Shown: positions 1-14,786 of the stretch, in pieces
Numbering within the stretch: position 1 is the first letter of the stretch
Layout: every line of letters begins with the position of its first letter
Source: Octopus vulgaris
Taxonomy: Eukaryota
Direction of reading: 5' to 3'
Assembly (NCBI GenBank): GCA_951406725.2
Contig: OX597828.1
Span: forward strand, 63,488,001 to 63,552,000
Length of the DNA: 64,000 nt
The notes under the pieces: generated by a model
The model's database searches: none
Seen by the model: only the letters and a program-made list of their open reading frames with translations
What the model was told of the DNA's origin: nothing
Position numbers and translations under genes: made by a program

Positions 1-938
1 GTCCTTGACTGTTCTTTTCACTGTTCAATACACCGTGACACATATCAATGCACAAACACATACCTCAATTCCTAATTGAATCTGCCAGTGTCCCATTCCT
101 CTCAATACTGCTAATTCCTCTGAATACTGCTAATTCCCTTCTGTGCCGCCAAGCTTTCTCGCATCCAACTTGCTCCTAAGAATTCCAACGCTTGCTCCTT
201 AAATCCAAGGTCCGTCTGTCTTCTTCGAGGACCGGCCAGCGACTCAAGATCCGTCTGTGTTCTTCGACGACCGCTCAACGACTGCCAAGACCTCATTTCG
301 TTCGTCTCTGTGCTTCTTCCACTCCCTCATCTCCCTCTGTACCGCTCATACCCTCTCTAACTGCCCTGGTCCTTATACTCTATCTATATCCTCAATCTGT
401 CCCTTACTGCTTATCCTTTCTATTTGCCCTCTGCTCTTACTCTATCGCTATCGCCTGCCAGACTCTTCCTCTCTATCTGTCCCTTTTCTCTTACACTCTA
501 TCTCTATTTGCTCTCAGCCCTTAATCTGTCTTCCTCTCTCACATTCTCCTGACCCTCTTCTCAGCCGCACGAGGTCACAGGTCATTCCAAAACCCATTAG
601 TCCTCCATTAGACAAAAGACTGTCACATTTTCACCAGACATGATGGTGCCATTATTCCTATGTGGGTCAGAAACACTGCACTAGTTAAACCCGTAACACT
701 AGGTACATTAGGTGTGGTTAAAAGAAAGAAAACATGGAGACAAATAAAACAAGCAAAGCACCAGGTCTTACGAATATGTATAACATGCAGAAGGTAGCAG
801 TGCTGGGTATCGCACACATGTTGCATGGGATACTTTCGATATAGGGACAATAACAACATAAACAAACCACAACACATACACAGAGCTGCACTGAGTAGTG
901 CAGTGAAAGGGCGTAATAGAAATAAGACTACGGAATAA

Positions 939-941
939 TAG

Positions 942-988
<47 letters not shown>

Positions 989-1058
989 ATAATAATAATA
1001 ATAATAATAATAATGATGATGATGATGATGATGAGGATAATGATGATGATGATGACGA
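939..1058. repeat. Compound microsatellite (TAC)n-(TAA)n-(GAT)n
   Basis: Adjacent triplet arrays directly visible. Confidence 0.95.
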
Positions 1059-1139
1059 CGGCAACAACAACATCACCAGGAGAAAAAAGACCCAAGGTTT
1101 TAACTGTGGAGGGTTTCCACAAAAGTAACCTCTGTTCGC

Positions 1140-1354
1140 TTATATTCTTTTCTATTCTAGGCACAAGGCCCGAAATTTTTGGGGAGGGGGCCAGTCGATT
1201 AGATCGAACCCAGTACGCAACTGGTACTTAATTTATCGACCTCAAAAAGATGAAAGCAAAGTCGACCTCAGCGGAATTTGAACTCAGAACGTAACGGCAG
1301 ACGAAATACTGCAAAGCATTTCGCCCGGCATGCTAACGATTCTGCCAGCTCGCC
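1140..1354 (-). mobile_element. tRNA-derived SINE with Meta-domain-like core
   Basis: Minus strand reads GGCGAGCTGGCAGAATCG (A-box-like), GAGTTCAAATTCC (B box), then GTCGACTTTGCTTTCATCTTTTTGAGGTCGATAAATTAAGTACCAG. Homologous to 35854-36078. Confidence 0.85.
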
Positions 1355-1360
1355 AGTTCC

Positions 1361-1460
1361 CTTGTTGAAATTAATGTAACTACGAGAGTTGCACTGATTC
1401 AGAAATCTGCCCTACGGGGAACAGCAAGGATTGTAAGAAAGGTTCTCGATGCTAAAGGAA
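1361..1460 (+). mobile_element. R4/Dong-type non-LTR retrotransposon, extreme C-terminal fragment (family C)
   Basis: Translates LVEINVTTRVALIQKSALRGTARIVRKVLD, matching the LQK..LLGT.RI.R.VL terminus of RLE-type LINE ORFs. Confidence 0.65.
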
Positions 1461-1698
1461 ACTGGTTGTGACCCAGTATCAAAGATATTGATTCCAAATG
1501 CAAAACATTCATGCATTAGGATTTTGAGATTCGTACTTTGATGTTGAATGTCTCCCACGATAATTAAGAGCCAAACAACAAAGCTTATAATGTGCAGAAA
1601 GTGACCGTGTGAGACCTCTGACAGCAGACTGTTGTCCGCTCTCACAGAACCTTCCAAGACCGAGCACTCTGAGAATTAAAACAATATTCCTAATAACA

Positions 1699-2588
<890 letters not shown>

Positions 2589-3482
2589 AAATCTGATAAA
2601 GTGACAGTAAGTTATAAAACAGATACATAGTGATATCATTGTATAAAATCGTAATATGATGAATGTTACGAGAGAAATATTATAGAAATACAACAGAAAA
2701 GTGAACAAAAAGGCAATAATATGACAGAGAAAAGGAAAAGGAGAGACTGTAAAATGCTCGATGAGTTTGCAGAGGAAAGAGAAAAAGATGTAGTAAAAAA
2801 TACAATAAACTAATTGTCGAAGTCCAGGCAAAAGTACAATGCAGACAGGGTTAAAAACCGAATAATGACTTTGTAGATGGACAGTAAAAACTGACGTATT
2901 GTAGAAATATTGTAATAACCACAAAAATGACACAGTGATAATCATAAAAAAACTATTGTAGAAGTAGAAAAAAGAAACCATATTAAAGATATTGTAGAAG
3001 CAGTGTAAAACAAATCATTATAAGGGACACAGAAAAAAACCCCCTAATAAACATGTTGCAGAAAGAGTGAACGACCAAACGGTTGTTCTAATTCATTCGT
3101 TGCTTCAATTCCAGATGGTTACGAAATCACCATCCATCAAAAGTAGACGTCTTGTCGTGAATCTTCTTCACTCGATAATGTTTTACCAAACAAATTTACA
3201 ACAATTTCACGTTTGTTTGTTTGTTTGTGGTTGTTGTTTGGTGAATCTGTTGCTGGTTTCTGTTTGCCTCCGTAGAAGAGTCAGGGAAGATGGCTGATGG
3301 AGCGTGACACAGAGAAACAGATAAAGGAATGAAGAATTGGAAGAAGAAGAAGAAGAGGAAGAGGCGGAAAGATGAAGAGGAAGAAAAGGAAAGGGAAAAG
3401 AGAGGAGGGTAAAGATGGAGAAAAGACATTAAATGGGAGAAAAAATGATTATGTAGAAAAGAAAACACAAGAATATGGAAAA

Positions 3483-3557
3483 CACCACCACCACCACCAC
3501 CACCACCACCACCACCACCACCACCACCACCACCAAAAACAACAACAACAACAACAA
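3483..3557. repeat. (CAC)n/(AAC)n microsatellite
   Basis: Direct observation. Confidence 0.9.
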
Positions 3558-3853
3558 TGAATAGATTGACAGAAGAAAAAGCAATAACACGAAGTGTGAA
3601 AAAATAAAACTAATAAAAGGGGCAAAAAAGGGAACTACGCCAAAAACCCCCAGCGAAATCGCAAGCAATCAATCAAGCTTGACGCCGCCACAGTCATAAA
3701 TTATTAGTTTAGACACCACCACGCCACACCACCACAACACTCTAAACTACAGCCCACCACGCTACAGAGTACCATAGTACACCCGCCATACATACATACA
3801 CACACACACGCACATACATACATACATACATACATACATGATATATACGTATC

Positions 3854-3885
<32 letters not shown>

Positions 3886-4384
3886 TGTATGTATGTATGT
3901 ATGAATGTGTGTGCATATATGCATGTATGTATGTATGTGTTACAGTAGACGGCACGCAGACTTTAGCAGGACTTCCCTCCACACCTGGCAAATGAATATT
4001 AGGTGTGTTGTTTAATTCCTTTCACTGAGGAGACAGACAAGAGACAAAGATAAGGAAATAAAGGACAAGACAGAAGACGGAAGACAGACAGAGACAGGGC
4101 AAGGCAGAATGTGTCTGTTTGTCTGTCTGTCTGTCTGTCTGACTAGCCGGATGGCTGGTTGGCTGGCTAGGCGGCTGGCTTGCCCAACTGACATAACATC
4201 AGTCTCAAGTGAATCCTCAGAAGTGGAAGAGTGATAAGGTTTATGAGAAAGACAGGCACGGGTTCAGTCTCCAGCATAGTTAGCTAAAGTGAACCGTATT
4301 TTCGTATTTGGCAAAAGACTTTAGTCAAAGAAAATATGGGAAGAATTCCTGAAGGGTTTGCCTCGTCTTCAGAGATTAATTGGG

Positions 4385-4385
<1 letters not shown>

Positions 4386-4447
<62 letters not shown>

Positions 4448-4647
4448 TTCTCTTTATCACAGGTTTTGTTGGAGCTCCTGGAGTCTTGCAAGCGGAGCAG
4501 GCTCGCTATCTGCAACCTACGGTATCATGCTATCCGTTCTTTTCAACTGTTGAATACTTTCCTGATTATTCTGGCCGCGCCTAAGGGGCAAACCTTTTGT
4601 AAAATTTCTACTGGGCATTCTATTCCAATTTCCTTGATATTCCTTTA
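4386..4647 (-). mobile_element. Short 3' end of R4/Dong family A with (TAA)n tail, nested in the tail of family B
   Basis: Reverse complement matches about 2245-2440 (KEIGIECPVEILQKVCPLG plus 3' UTR); (TTA)n at 4386-4447. Confidence 0.85.
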
Positions 4648-5946
4648 TATTATTATTATTTTCATTAGCATCGTCTTTCAATTCTGTTTCCATTTCTTGC
4701 CGAGTGTCTTCCTGACACCTAGGGCAGAGAAGCGTACTGTATACACTGGTAGGCCATTAAAACAAACACATCAGATTGTTCATTTACAGTCATGTGACAG
4801 AGAGAAAAGGGGGGAAAAATTAGAAAAGTAAATAAAGTGGGAGGAGGAGGAAAGACAATTCACAGCGACGATGCTCTTCTCAATACGTGTGATTTACCAG
4901 TTAAGACAATCTTTTGCACTTCCTGCATGGATGGTAAGCCAGGAATCATTCGTAAATGATTTTAAATCCTTTGTTGATCATGCCAAGTGCTCCTATAATC
5001 ACTGGTATTATAACCGCCTTGAGATGCCGCATTTTTTCGATTTCAGTGAGAAAATCTCCATATTTTCGGGGTTTGTCAAATTCTTTTGCCACAATATTCT
5101 CATAGCAATCAATAAAGAGACTTTATTGCTTTGGTCTTTTACAACAATATCCGCTTTATTAGCTTTGATGGTTCTGTCCGTCTGCATTGATAAGTCCAAA
5201 AGAATGGTTACACTTTTTCCTCAGTTACAGCTTATACAATTTGCTTTTAGCCCTGAGCACCGTAGCCACTTTATGGGAATACTTTTGAGCAACATCAGCT
5301 TGTTTGCTACGGTCCATACATTTGCCATGCAGAGGCTTCTGCTCCCGTCTACCACCCACTTGTCCATGCTCTTTTTTCTTTGCCATTCATTTTACTTTCT
5401 TCGCAATAACAGTTGCCATGTTTCCCTCAGGCTGTTCAACCTGGGTATCATGCATGAACTCAGTAGCAAATCAATTTTTTTGCTCATCCTCATGACAAGA
5501 AATCTTCCTACGTCTCTCGTGATTTTTACGATTTTTAGTACCCGGTTGTTAAATGCCTCAAGATATCTGGCCAGTCCAGTTGTGAGGGTTTTGTAAGAGA
5601 TCAAACTGGATCAAGTCTCGACCTCCTTGGGATCTGAGAGGACAAAGACGATCCACGTCTGCTTTTGGATGGGGCATCTTATTACAAGTCAGCAGCTTAC
5701 GAATTTTTTCTTTATTGCACTGATTTTCAATCTTCTGTATTTCACTGATATTCCAGTTTTACACCTTGAAGCTATAAATAGCAATTGGAACCGCTAAAGA
5801 ATTTATGGCCAACATTTTACTATGTGCCATTAACTCAGGTATCAGAAGTGATCGAACTCTCTTATAACATTCCTTCCTGATCTTCTCTTCCATGCTTGCA
5901 TACTGAATGCCAGAGCCTTCATTTATTCCTAGGCATTTATAGGTTT
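4648..5946 (-). mobile_element. R4/Dong-type RLE LINE fragment (family B): RT thumb and RLE domain, internally deleted and decayed
   Basis: Minus strand YKCLGINEG, AINSLAVP, HPKADVDRLCPLRSQGGRDL, QTDRTIKANKADIVVKD, IPVIIGALGMI, QEVQKIVLTG; 3' UTR shared with 35410-35580. Confidence 0.9.
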
Positions 5947-5949
5947 GAC

Positions 5950-6107
5950 TCTTCTTCTTCTTCTTCTTCTTCTTCTTCTTCTTCTTCTTCTTCTTCTTCT
6001 TCTTCTTCTTCTTCTTCTTCTTCTTCTTCTTCTCCTCCTCCTCCTCCTCCTCATCCTCATCCTCCTTCTTCTTCTTCTTCTTCTTCTTCTTCTTCTTCTT
6101 CTTCTTC
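5950..6107. repeat. (TCT)n/(TCC)n microsatellite
   Basis: Direct observation. Confidence 0.95.
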
Positions 6108-6406
6108 TAATTTTATTAATTGTTCGAACAGTAGAGGTATTCGAAGGAGTAGAGAGGCTTTAGGAAGGTAGAGACTTTTGTAAGGTGTAGGGATCTCCCC
6201 CCTAAAATTTATTTATTCCTGGATAAAGAGAAAACGTCGACGTCGCAGCCGCTGTTGTCGTCGTCATTTTCTTTCGTTTTATGAAGCAGAAAGTAAAATT
6301 ATTGAACTCGGCAAAGATCGTCAATAACCGGAACTCAGAAAATACACTCGCGTGCGAAATCGCATAAATATGAAAAACGTGTGTATGCGTTGTGTGCGCG
6401 TGTGTA

Positions 6407-6496
<90 letters not shown>

Positions 6497-7376
6497 TATG
6501 TGGTGGTTGCTAACGCCGTCGTTGTTGTTGTTCTGATCCAGGACAACTTTAGTCAAGCAGAACTACGATCAAAGCCAGCTTTGACCACTGCGGCTTTATT
6601 GTAAATCTAGAACTAAATTGTCTTGAAATGTCTTTCTTGTTTTAAGACGAGAGGGGTGATATTTCGCTTTATGATCCAGAAACTACTGAAGTCATCAAGG
6701 ATCACCATTTGTTGAAAAGTGAATAAAAAAATGCTTTTTCGAAATGAAATAAGACAGATATGAACGAAATGTAAGACAATGGTAATTGCCAAATCGGAAT
6801 TGTTTTGGCAAAATATTTTTGATTTATTTTATAATGATTTTATTAAAAATAAACAAAAATATATGAATTGGATAGGATAACACTGCGTCTAACATTTAAG
6901 AAATTGTGAGAACCGTTTCCGCTAATCCATAGAAGATGGTCGATGTACCGCATGGCACATACATCTCTGAAATAATTATAGCAGTTAAACTATTGCATCT
7001 CTGCCGACACCCATCTGCTCCATATTCTTTACAGTGAACTGCTGCCCAGAATTAAATAACCCGCAGAATGCAAGGCATTGAGTTATGAGACCCAGAGAAG
7101 ACTGAATCTTGTCTAATATTCTATTAATGCCTGCTTACGTAACACCTCTAAGCTTTAAAATACGTTTGCTTCATTACCGCCATACTGTTGAATTCGGAAT
7201 TAATTTCAATGTCACAAAAATGTTAATTATACTTTCATGTTCATTATTTTTAATATAAGCATCCCGGAGTCAACTCATCTTTCACTTTTGAAGAAACATT
7301 CTTTAATTTTATTACCGAATATTGTCGAACAGTACCGAACATTATTTCATTCAGTTTTATTTTGCTGATTTTTCTC

Positions 7377-7475
7377 TGTATGTATGTATGTATGTATGTA
7401 TGTATGTATGTATGTATGTATGTATGTATGTATGTATGTATGTATGTATGTATGTGTGTGTGTGTATGTATGTAT

Positions 7476-7515
<40 letters not shown>

Positions 7516-7648
7516 ATGTATGTATGTATGTATGTATGTATGTATGTATGTATGTGTGTGTGTATGTATGTATGTATGTATGTATGTATGTATGTATGTG
7601 TGTGTGTATGTATGTATGTATGTATGTATGTGTGTGTATGTGTGTGTG
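7377..7648. repeat. (TATG)n/(TG)n compound microsatellite
   Basis: Direct observation. Confidence 0.95.
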
Positions 7649-8936
7649 TCATAGCACGTGACCCCACGCCAAAATACAGCCCACCGCCATACTATGGTGC
7701 ACTTCGTCACCCTCCACAGTCCACAATATTTCCTGTCCTACCCAATCATACCACGACACAAAACCGTAACCCCACCCACTCCTTATCCTATTAAATTAAA
7801 TTCGGGAAGATCAATAAGTGTGAAATGGTAAATGTGCCGACTCTGCCGCCCCCATTCCACCCTACCCCACCTAATTTAGTCAGGTGAGGGTTCCATTAAC
7901 TGGATTGGCTAATATGAATTAAGAGTTGGGCTGGGCTCCGTTTCAGGTGAGGGGGTCGATAGATTTATAGCAAGTTTAGGGCTGATAACAAGAGAGAGGA
8001 AATAGAGTTGGTTTCAGTGGGGTTTCGGGGGACATTTTGTAGGTGAGGGGTATTAGGGAAGTTCTGAGTCGATTTCAGGGGATCAAGAGGATACAGTTGA
8101 TTCAGAGACATTAAGGTTTATTTTCCAAAAAGATAAAAACGCACATCCTCAGGTGCAGCCGTAATCCTTTTCATGCACGAAAGAAATAAAGAGACTCTTA
8201 GGTACAGAAATATCCCTTCAACAAAAGACACAGTTTTCGGCTTTGTTTCAGAACAATTTAGTTCCTTTTTGGAAGATGAACGCCCTTGATGGCACTTAGT
8301 TGAATGTTTATGTGTAGTAGTAGTAGTAGTAATAGTAGTAGTGGTAGTGGTGGTGGTGGTTGTGGTGGTGATGGTGGTGGTGGTGGTGGTTGTGGTGGTG
8401 ATGGTGGTGGTGGTGGTGGTTGTGGTGGTGATGGTGGTGGTGGTTGTAGCAGTGGTGATATGTAGATGTGTGTTGTAACAAGCAGGTGTGTGTGAATGTG
8501 TGTGTGTGTGTTTGTGTGTGTATCTGGTTGTCTCTGTTTCATTTTCAAGTTATTCTTGAGCGAGCAGTCCAACAATCAAAGCATTCCAGCTGTGACCATC
8601 CTGACTTTTACATGCGTGCAGTGAACCCAGGGACACAGCCAACGAGTTCTTTTCTGAAACACTAAGGTGTTACTTATATGCACACACGCACACACACACA
8701 TATGTAGGTGCATGTGTATACAGTTTTATGTATGTATGTTATGTATGTATGTATGTATGTATATATATATAGGCACACACATACACACAAAAATCATGCA
8801 TATAGATATATGCACAAACACCTGGATGTATATATGTATACACACACACACACACACAAACATATATATATGTATGTACCTATATATATGTGTGTATATA
8901 TATACCTATATATATGTATATATATACATACATACA

Positions 8937-9025
<89 letters not shown>

Positions 9026-9325
9026 AATGAGTAGGTGTGCAACAAAACATATACATACACATATACAAAAATAGCACCTACATATACAAAAACATATCCA
9101 CACACACTCACACATCCACACACACTCACACATCCACACACACACATACACACACACGCATGAATGTAAATGAATCTTACATATGATCAAAGGAATGTAA
9201 ACTCCAGTCAGTTTTGAAAAGTTTCTTAAACGGTTGTTGATTTGTGTCGTTGTAAAACCGGAAGTTGATTTGTGTCCTTGTACTAAGTTGACCGAGGCAT
9301 TGAGTAATAATTTGCTGGTGTGTGA

Positions 9326-9367
<42 letters not shown>

Positions 9368-9482
9368 TGCGTTACGTATAAACATCAGGTGTGTCTTTGA
9401 TCGGGGCGAGAGACGCGATAAGCATAAACAACATATAAAAAGAAAAAGAACAACAATAGCAACCACGACAACGACGACGACG

Positions 9483-9514
<32 letters not shown>

Positions 9515-9719
9515 AGACCGCAATAATAAAGGAAAATAACAAGAAGTGCAACTGCATCATAAAAGAGAAGAGCAAAATTAAGAGGTTTTGGAGGCGAACA
9601 GTTCTTGGGTTGAAAAGAGAAAAAAAAATCAGGATGGAAATTAAGTTGATTGATTGTTTTGTGTATTTTTGTGTATTTTGTGTTTTATTCGCTGAATGTG
9701 GAGGGAGAGGCCAAGTCCT

Positions 9720-10230
9720 TGACCTTTGATCCTTGCAGGTCTTTAGGTGCAGGTAGCGTTGATTCTGTCAATGTTCCGTTTAAACTGTAGAAAATGAAGG
9801 GAGAGTTTTCAGTGGAACAATGCCCTGAGGAGAAAGGATTTGACACTGTGGATAGTGAAGGGTTGGACAGAATAAGGGTACCGAGAAGTGGAAAAATGAA
9901 TAGAGTTATAAGACCAGCCAGGTCACTGTAGTAACGATAGCAAAGACAGAGAGAGGAGACAAAACACCTGAAGGTCAGAGGCCAGAGGTCAGTGTCCGTT
10001 AGTGATAAAATGGCAATGACTTGAGTGACCATTCATCCTGCAGTCCAGGATATCAGCATACTTAGCAGTAGCAAACTATCGCACCCAGAGAAGTACCCCA
10101 TTAAGGGCCTCACTTGAGCCTTGTAGAGGGTCAACAGCTGTTGGGGGCTGTAATACGTTCTGGTCCTTAAGAGGAGGGCATTACTAATATGAAGGCGCAA
10201 GGAAATCAACCAACTTAGTTTTGATTTTGA
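9720..10230 (-). mobile_element. Decayed Jockey/CR1-group LINE, RT thumb to C-terminus
   Basis: YYSPQQLLTLYKAQVRPLMGY, then VSSLCLCYRYY and QFKRNIDRIN; frameshifts. Confidence 0.7.
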
Positions 10231-10360
10231 AAGCATTCTGCATGAGAACTTCCATTGCAGAATATTCGATACAGGAAATGTTAGAACGTGGACTATTTAC
10301 AGCTAAGTGGACTGTGGCTGCTATTGACGATTTACGGCGGAGTGGTCATCGGCTATTGTT

Positions 10361-10448
<88 letters not shown>

Positions 10449-10562
10449 GCACACACGCACACACACACACATACACACACACACATAAACACTGACACAC
10501 TGACACATACACCACACATACACTCACACGAATACAAACACATATATATAAATATATATATA

Positions 10563-10945
10563 CTAGCAGTATCGCCCGGCGTTGCTCAGGTTTGTAAGGG
10601 AAATAACTATAAAGCATTTTTAGAGAGTTATAGCCAAAAAATAGCAAAAAAATGGAAAAAAATGATGGTAAATTTTTTTTGAGATTTAAAAAAGGTGGAG
10701 TTGCGTCCCCTAGACAGTTTGTGGTTCATGTTTCTGATTCTCGACCCCATGTCGAATTTATCGATTTTTTCAGAACTGGGGGAACTTTTCAAAATTTTCG
10801 CTGCGTTAGTTTTGAATTATGACATTGGGCTATGTGTGTGTCAAGTTTCATCAGAATCGGTTGAAAGCCGTGGTCAGGGTGAGGGTACAAGCAAACAGAC
10901 ACACAGAAACACGCACAGACAAACTGCCGTTTATATATAGAGAGA
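10563..10945 (-). mobile_element. Non-autonomous Helitron
   Basis: Minus strand begins A|TCTCTCTATATATAAA and ends with hairpin-like CCTGAGCAACGCCGGGCG then CTAG|T; no TSD; inserted between A and T. Confidence 0.85.
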
Positions 10946-11110
10946 TATATATATAAATGAAAGAATGGAGTCGAACGAAGATGTTAACAAAATTCCTTAA
11001 CTCTCGACACATTCCTTTACTCTCACATTTTCCATGCTGACGATAAACAGGATAATCCACTCACCTACTTAAATATATATATATATAAATACAAATATAT
11101 AAATATATAT

Positions 11111-11518
11111 AGGAGTGGCTGTGTGGTAAGTAGATTGTTTACCAACCACATGGTTCCGGGTTCAGTCCCACAGCGTGGCACCTTGGGCAAGTGTCTTCTA
11201 CTATAGTCTCGGGCCGACCAAAGCCTTGTGAGTGGATTTGGTAGACGGAAACTGAAAGAAGCCCGTCGTATATATGTATATATATATATGTGTGTGTGTG
11301 TTTGTGTGTCTGTGTTTGTCCCCCTAGCATTGCTTAACAACCGATGCTGGTGTGTTTATGTCCCCGTTACCTAGCGGTTCGGCAAAATAGACCGATAGAA
11401 TAAGTACTGGGCTTACAAAAGAATAAGTCCCGGGGTCGAGTTGCTCGATTAAAGGCGGTGCTCCAGCATGGCCGCAGGCAAATGACTGAAACAAGTAAAA
11501 GAGTAAAAGAGTAAAAGA
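11111..11518 (+). mobile_element. tRNA-derived SINE (CORE-like CCTTGGGCAAGT) with internal (TA)/(TG) microsatellite and (GTAAAAGA)n tail
   Basis: A box TGGCTGTGTGG, B box GGTTCAGTCCC; near-identical copies at 21143 and 47965. Confidence 0.9.
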
Positions 11519-11569
11519 TATATATATATATATATATATAAATACATAATGTATACACACACATATATG

Positions 11570-11618
<49 letters not shown>

Positions 11619-11681
11619 GCATGTTTAGTCATAACCCAAGTGATTAAATAATACAATTATACAATTGATGTCATCTCACTA

Positions 11682-11722
<41 letters not shown>

Positions 11723-11894
11723 CACACACATATATGTGAGTGTGTGTGTATGGGTGTTTGTGGGCATGTGTGTGTGTGTGTAATTCTAAAGTAAGTTTAT
11801 TTTAATGTCCGTTTAAAAAGCAGTCTGTTATGAATTTTAAAATCCGGCTCAGTGTATAACAACATCATTGTCATCATCAGCAAGAGCATCAGAA

Positions 11895-12115
<221 letters not shown>

Positions 12116-12444
12116 TCCTCCTCAAGACCGCACACATATAGTATGTGAAATGTACCCCCGAAGGGTTATTACCCTATTCTTCTCTCTTATGAATCAACAG
12201 ACGCACACACATGCATGCGCGCGCACACACACACATATAGACGCATACACTCACACCCCCATGCACCCACACACATACATTCACACACGGCTCTACTGGA
12301 TAATACCGGGGCGTGTGCCTTATTCTATTGGCGTGACAGCGGTGGCCTTTGGGCGACACGAGTGTGTCCCTCTGTCTCTCGTTTTCTCCTCACTCTTGCT
12401 CTGTAGGAAATTTTTACCGAAGAATACACACACACACGTATATG

Positions 12445-12561
<117 letters not shown>

Positions 12562-13067
12562 TGGTGACGCAGAGTAGGAAACAAAGATTATATTTAGTTA
12601 CGAGAGGACATTCTATCTCACCATATTGTGCATGTTACCCGCCTACAAATCAAGGTTAGGGCAATGCGTAATTGTTGACTAAGTGAAGAATTCGGTTTGG
12701 TTTTGAGAAATCTTTTAGTCATATGAAACTGACGAATTGCAAGACTCATGAGAGGCATTCGATAAAATGTCTCGCAGTATTTGTTCCAACTGTGTTCAAA
12801 TTCCGCTGAGGTCACCTGTGCTCTGTATCCTTTCGTGATCGATAAAAGAAGGAAGCAATCCAAGACCATAGAACTAACTGTGAGAATGTTTAAAAGGTGC
12901 CTTCTGGTAGCTGCTATGGCCATTTGCATTCTGACAGTAGAGCTTGTGACGTCACTGGTGCCTAGCTGTATCGGCCCTAAAGCGGTAGGAAAATCTTTGG
13001 GTTACATTGGCGACGTAGGACAGGCATACATAATTGTCAGTCTTCTACAAAATACTCGCCCAAGTCT

Positions 13068-13127
<60 letters not shown>

Positions 13128-13289
13128 GCACATAGCATATAATATGTGTATGTATCTGTGCGTATACCTTTTGCCGGTGTATATTGACGAAGGATTAAAA
13201 ACAATATCGAAAAAAGGTCCGAATTCTTTTGATGTAATTTGAGCTGCAGCTTTTTACTAACACTCCTTTGTCACTCAGGCCGTCAGAAT

Positions 13290-13480
13290 TGCTATGAATC
13301 CATGATTGGCCCATTGGAATCCAGCAAACCCAGATGTTGTTCCCCATTAATATCATAATAGAAACTACAACTAATTGCCATGAATCTCGTTTCGGTGTTT
13401 GCCGAAATCGTTGTGGATGCGTTGGCTGCACATTGGTGACATCTGGAGTGCAGATGTTTTGCACATTTTAGAAACATGGC
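13290..13480 (-). mobile_element. Possible heavily decayed Gypsy integrase fragment
   Basis: SRCHQC followed across frames by PKRDSWQLV and YDINGEQHLGLLDS, resembling the zinc-binding motif and first catalytic Asp region. Confidence 0.3.
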
Positions 13481-13627
13481 TGCTGGAAGTGGATGAAAGT
13501 TAATGACCGACTTCGGTAAACAATGGTTGTTGTGTCAAAGTAAAAAAATGTTGAAAAGGCTAAAAAAAAAATGACCTAAGATTCCGAGGGAGAATGACTC
13601 AGAAAAGAATGGCAATACGAAAATAGT

Positions 13628-13776
<149 letters not shown>

Positions 13777-14403
13777 TTATAATCCGTCAGGTCAACACGA
13801 ACTTTACAATATATTATTTAATTCTCATCTCAGCATTGACCCCCCCCACCAGTTCTGTAAACGTTCCATTGTTATTCTTAAATTTACTTTCAAATGATAA
13901 CCTCGATTTCGCGTTTATTTATATCCGTATACATACACATGTAAACAACTATATATATACGTACATATATTCATACATATACTTTTGCAAACGTTTACGT
14001 TTGTGTGCGTGCGTATGAATGTATATACATGTACAAATACACACACATACACACACATGTGTGTACATGTGTGTATGTAAAGTAGCGGCTATGCTTCCTA
14101 TTATAAATAGTAACAGGAATTGATAGCTTTTATGTAAAGATTGTTTGTGTGTATATTATGTGTAGAATGTGTTTATATTGTGATGTTTCCGACTTGGGAT
14201 GGAACTAGTCAGCCATTGTGAATGTGCTCATCTCTTAAAGGAAGAAAAACGATGTTACTTCAAAAGTGGATCGAGTCCTTTCGACCAGACGTAGGATCCA
14301 AGATCCATTATAATACAGTTCTATATCTAAGAGATGAGGAATTATGTACATTATTTACATTATATATATTCGACGGATATTTGTCCTCATCTTCTTTGTT
14401 GTT

Positions 14404-14449
14404 AACACAACGTCTCGGCTGATATACCCTCCGGCTTTCGTCAGGTGTC
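14404..14449 (-). ncRNA. Degenerate minimal type I hammerhead motif in a Penelope-like terminal repeat
   Basis: gacac-CTGACGA-A-AGCCGG...CAGCC-GAGAC-GTT-gtgtt; GAAA mutated to GAGA. Confidence 0.55.
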
Positions 14450-14496
14450 TTGGGAAAATTTCCAATCCGGGTTCTCCTCCCTAAGGTATTTTTCGT

Positions 14497-14670
<174 letters not shown>

Positions 14671-14786
14671 CAAATAAATAACAGAAGATGGAACATATAT
14701 ATATATATATATTCGCCGTCTTCCCAACCATCTTTTCTATTTCTGTACACTCTGAAAACTACCCGATTACCGCTTATTAAATATTT

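Noticed and set aside
1-620. Pyrimidine-rich segment with short duplications and RLKIRLCS, faintly like a PLE RT C-terminus
   Set aside because: Motifs are too weak and fragmentary to assign without a profile search.
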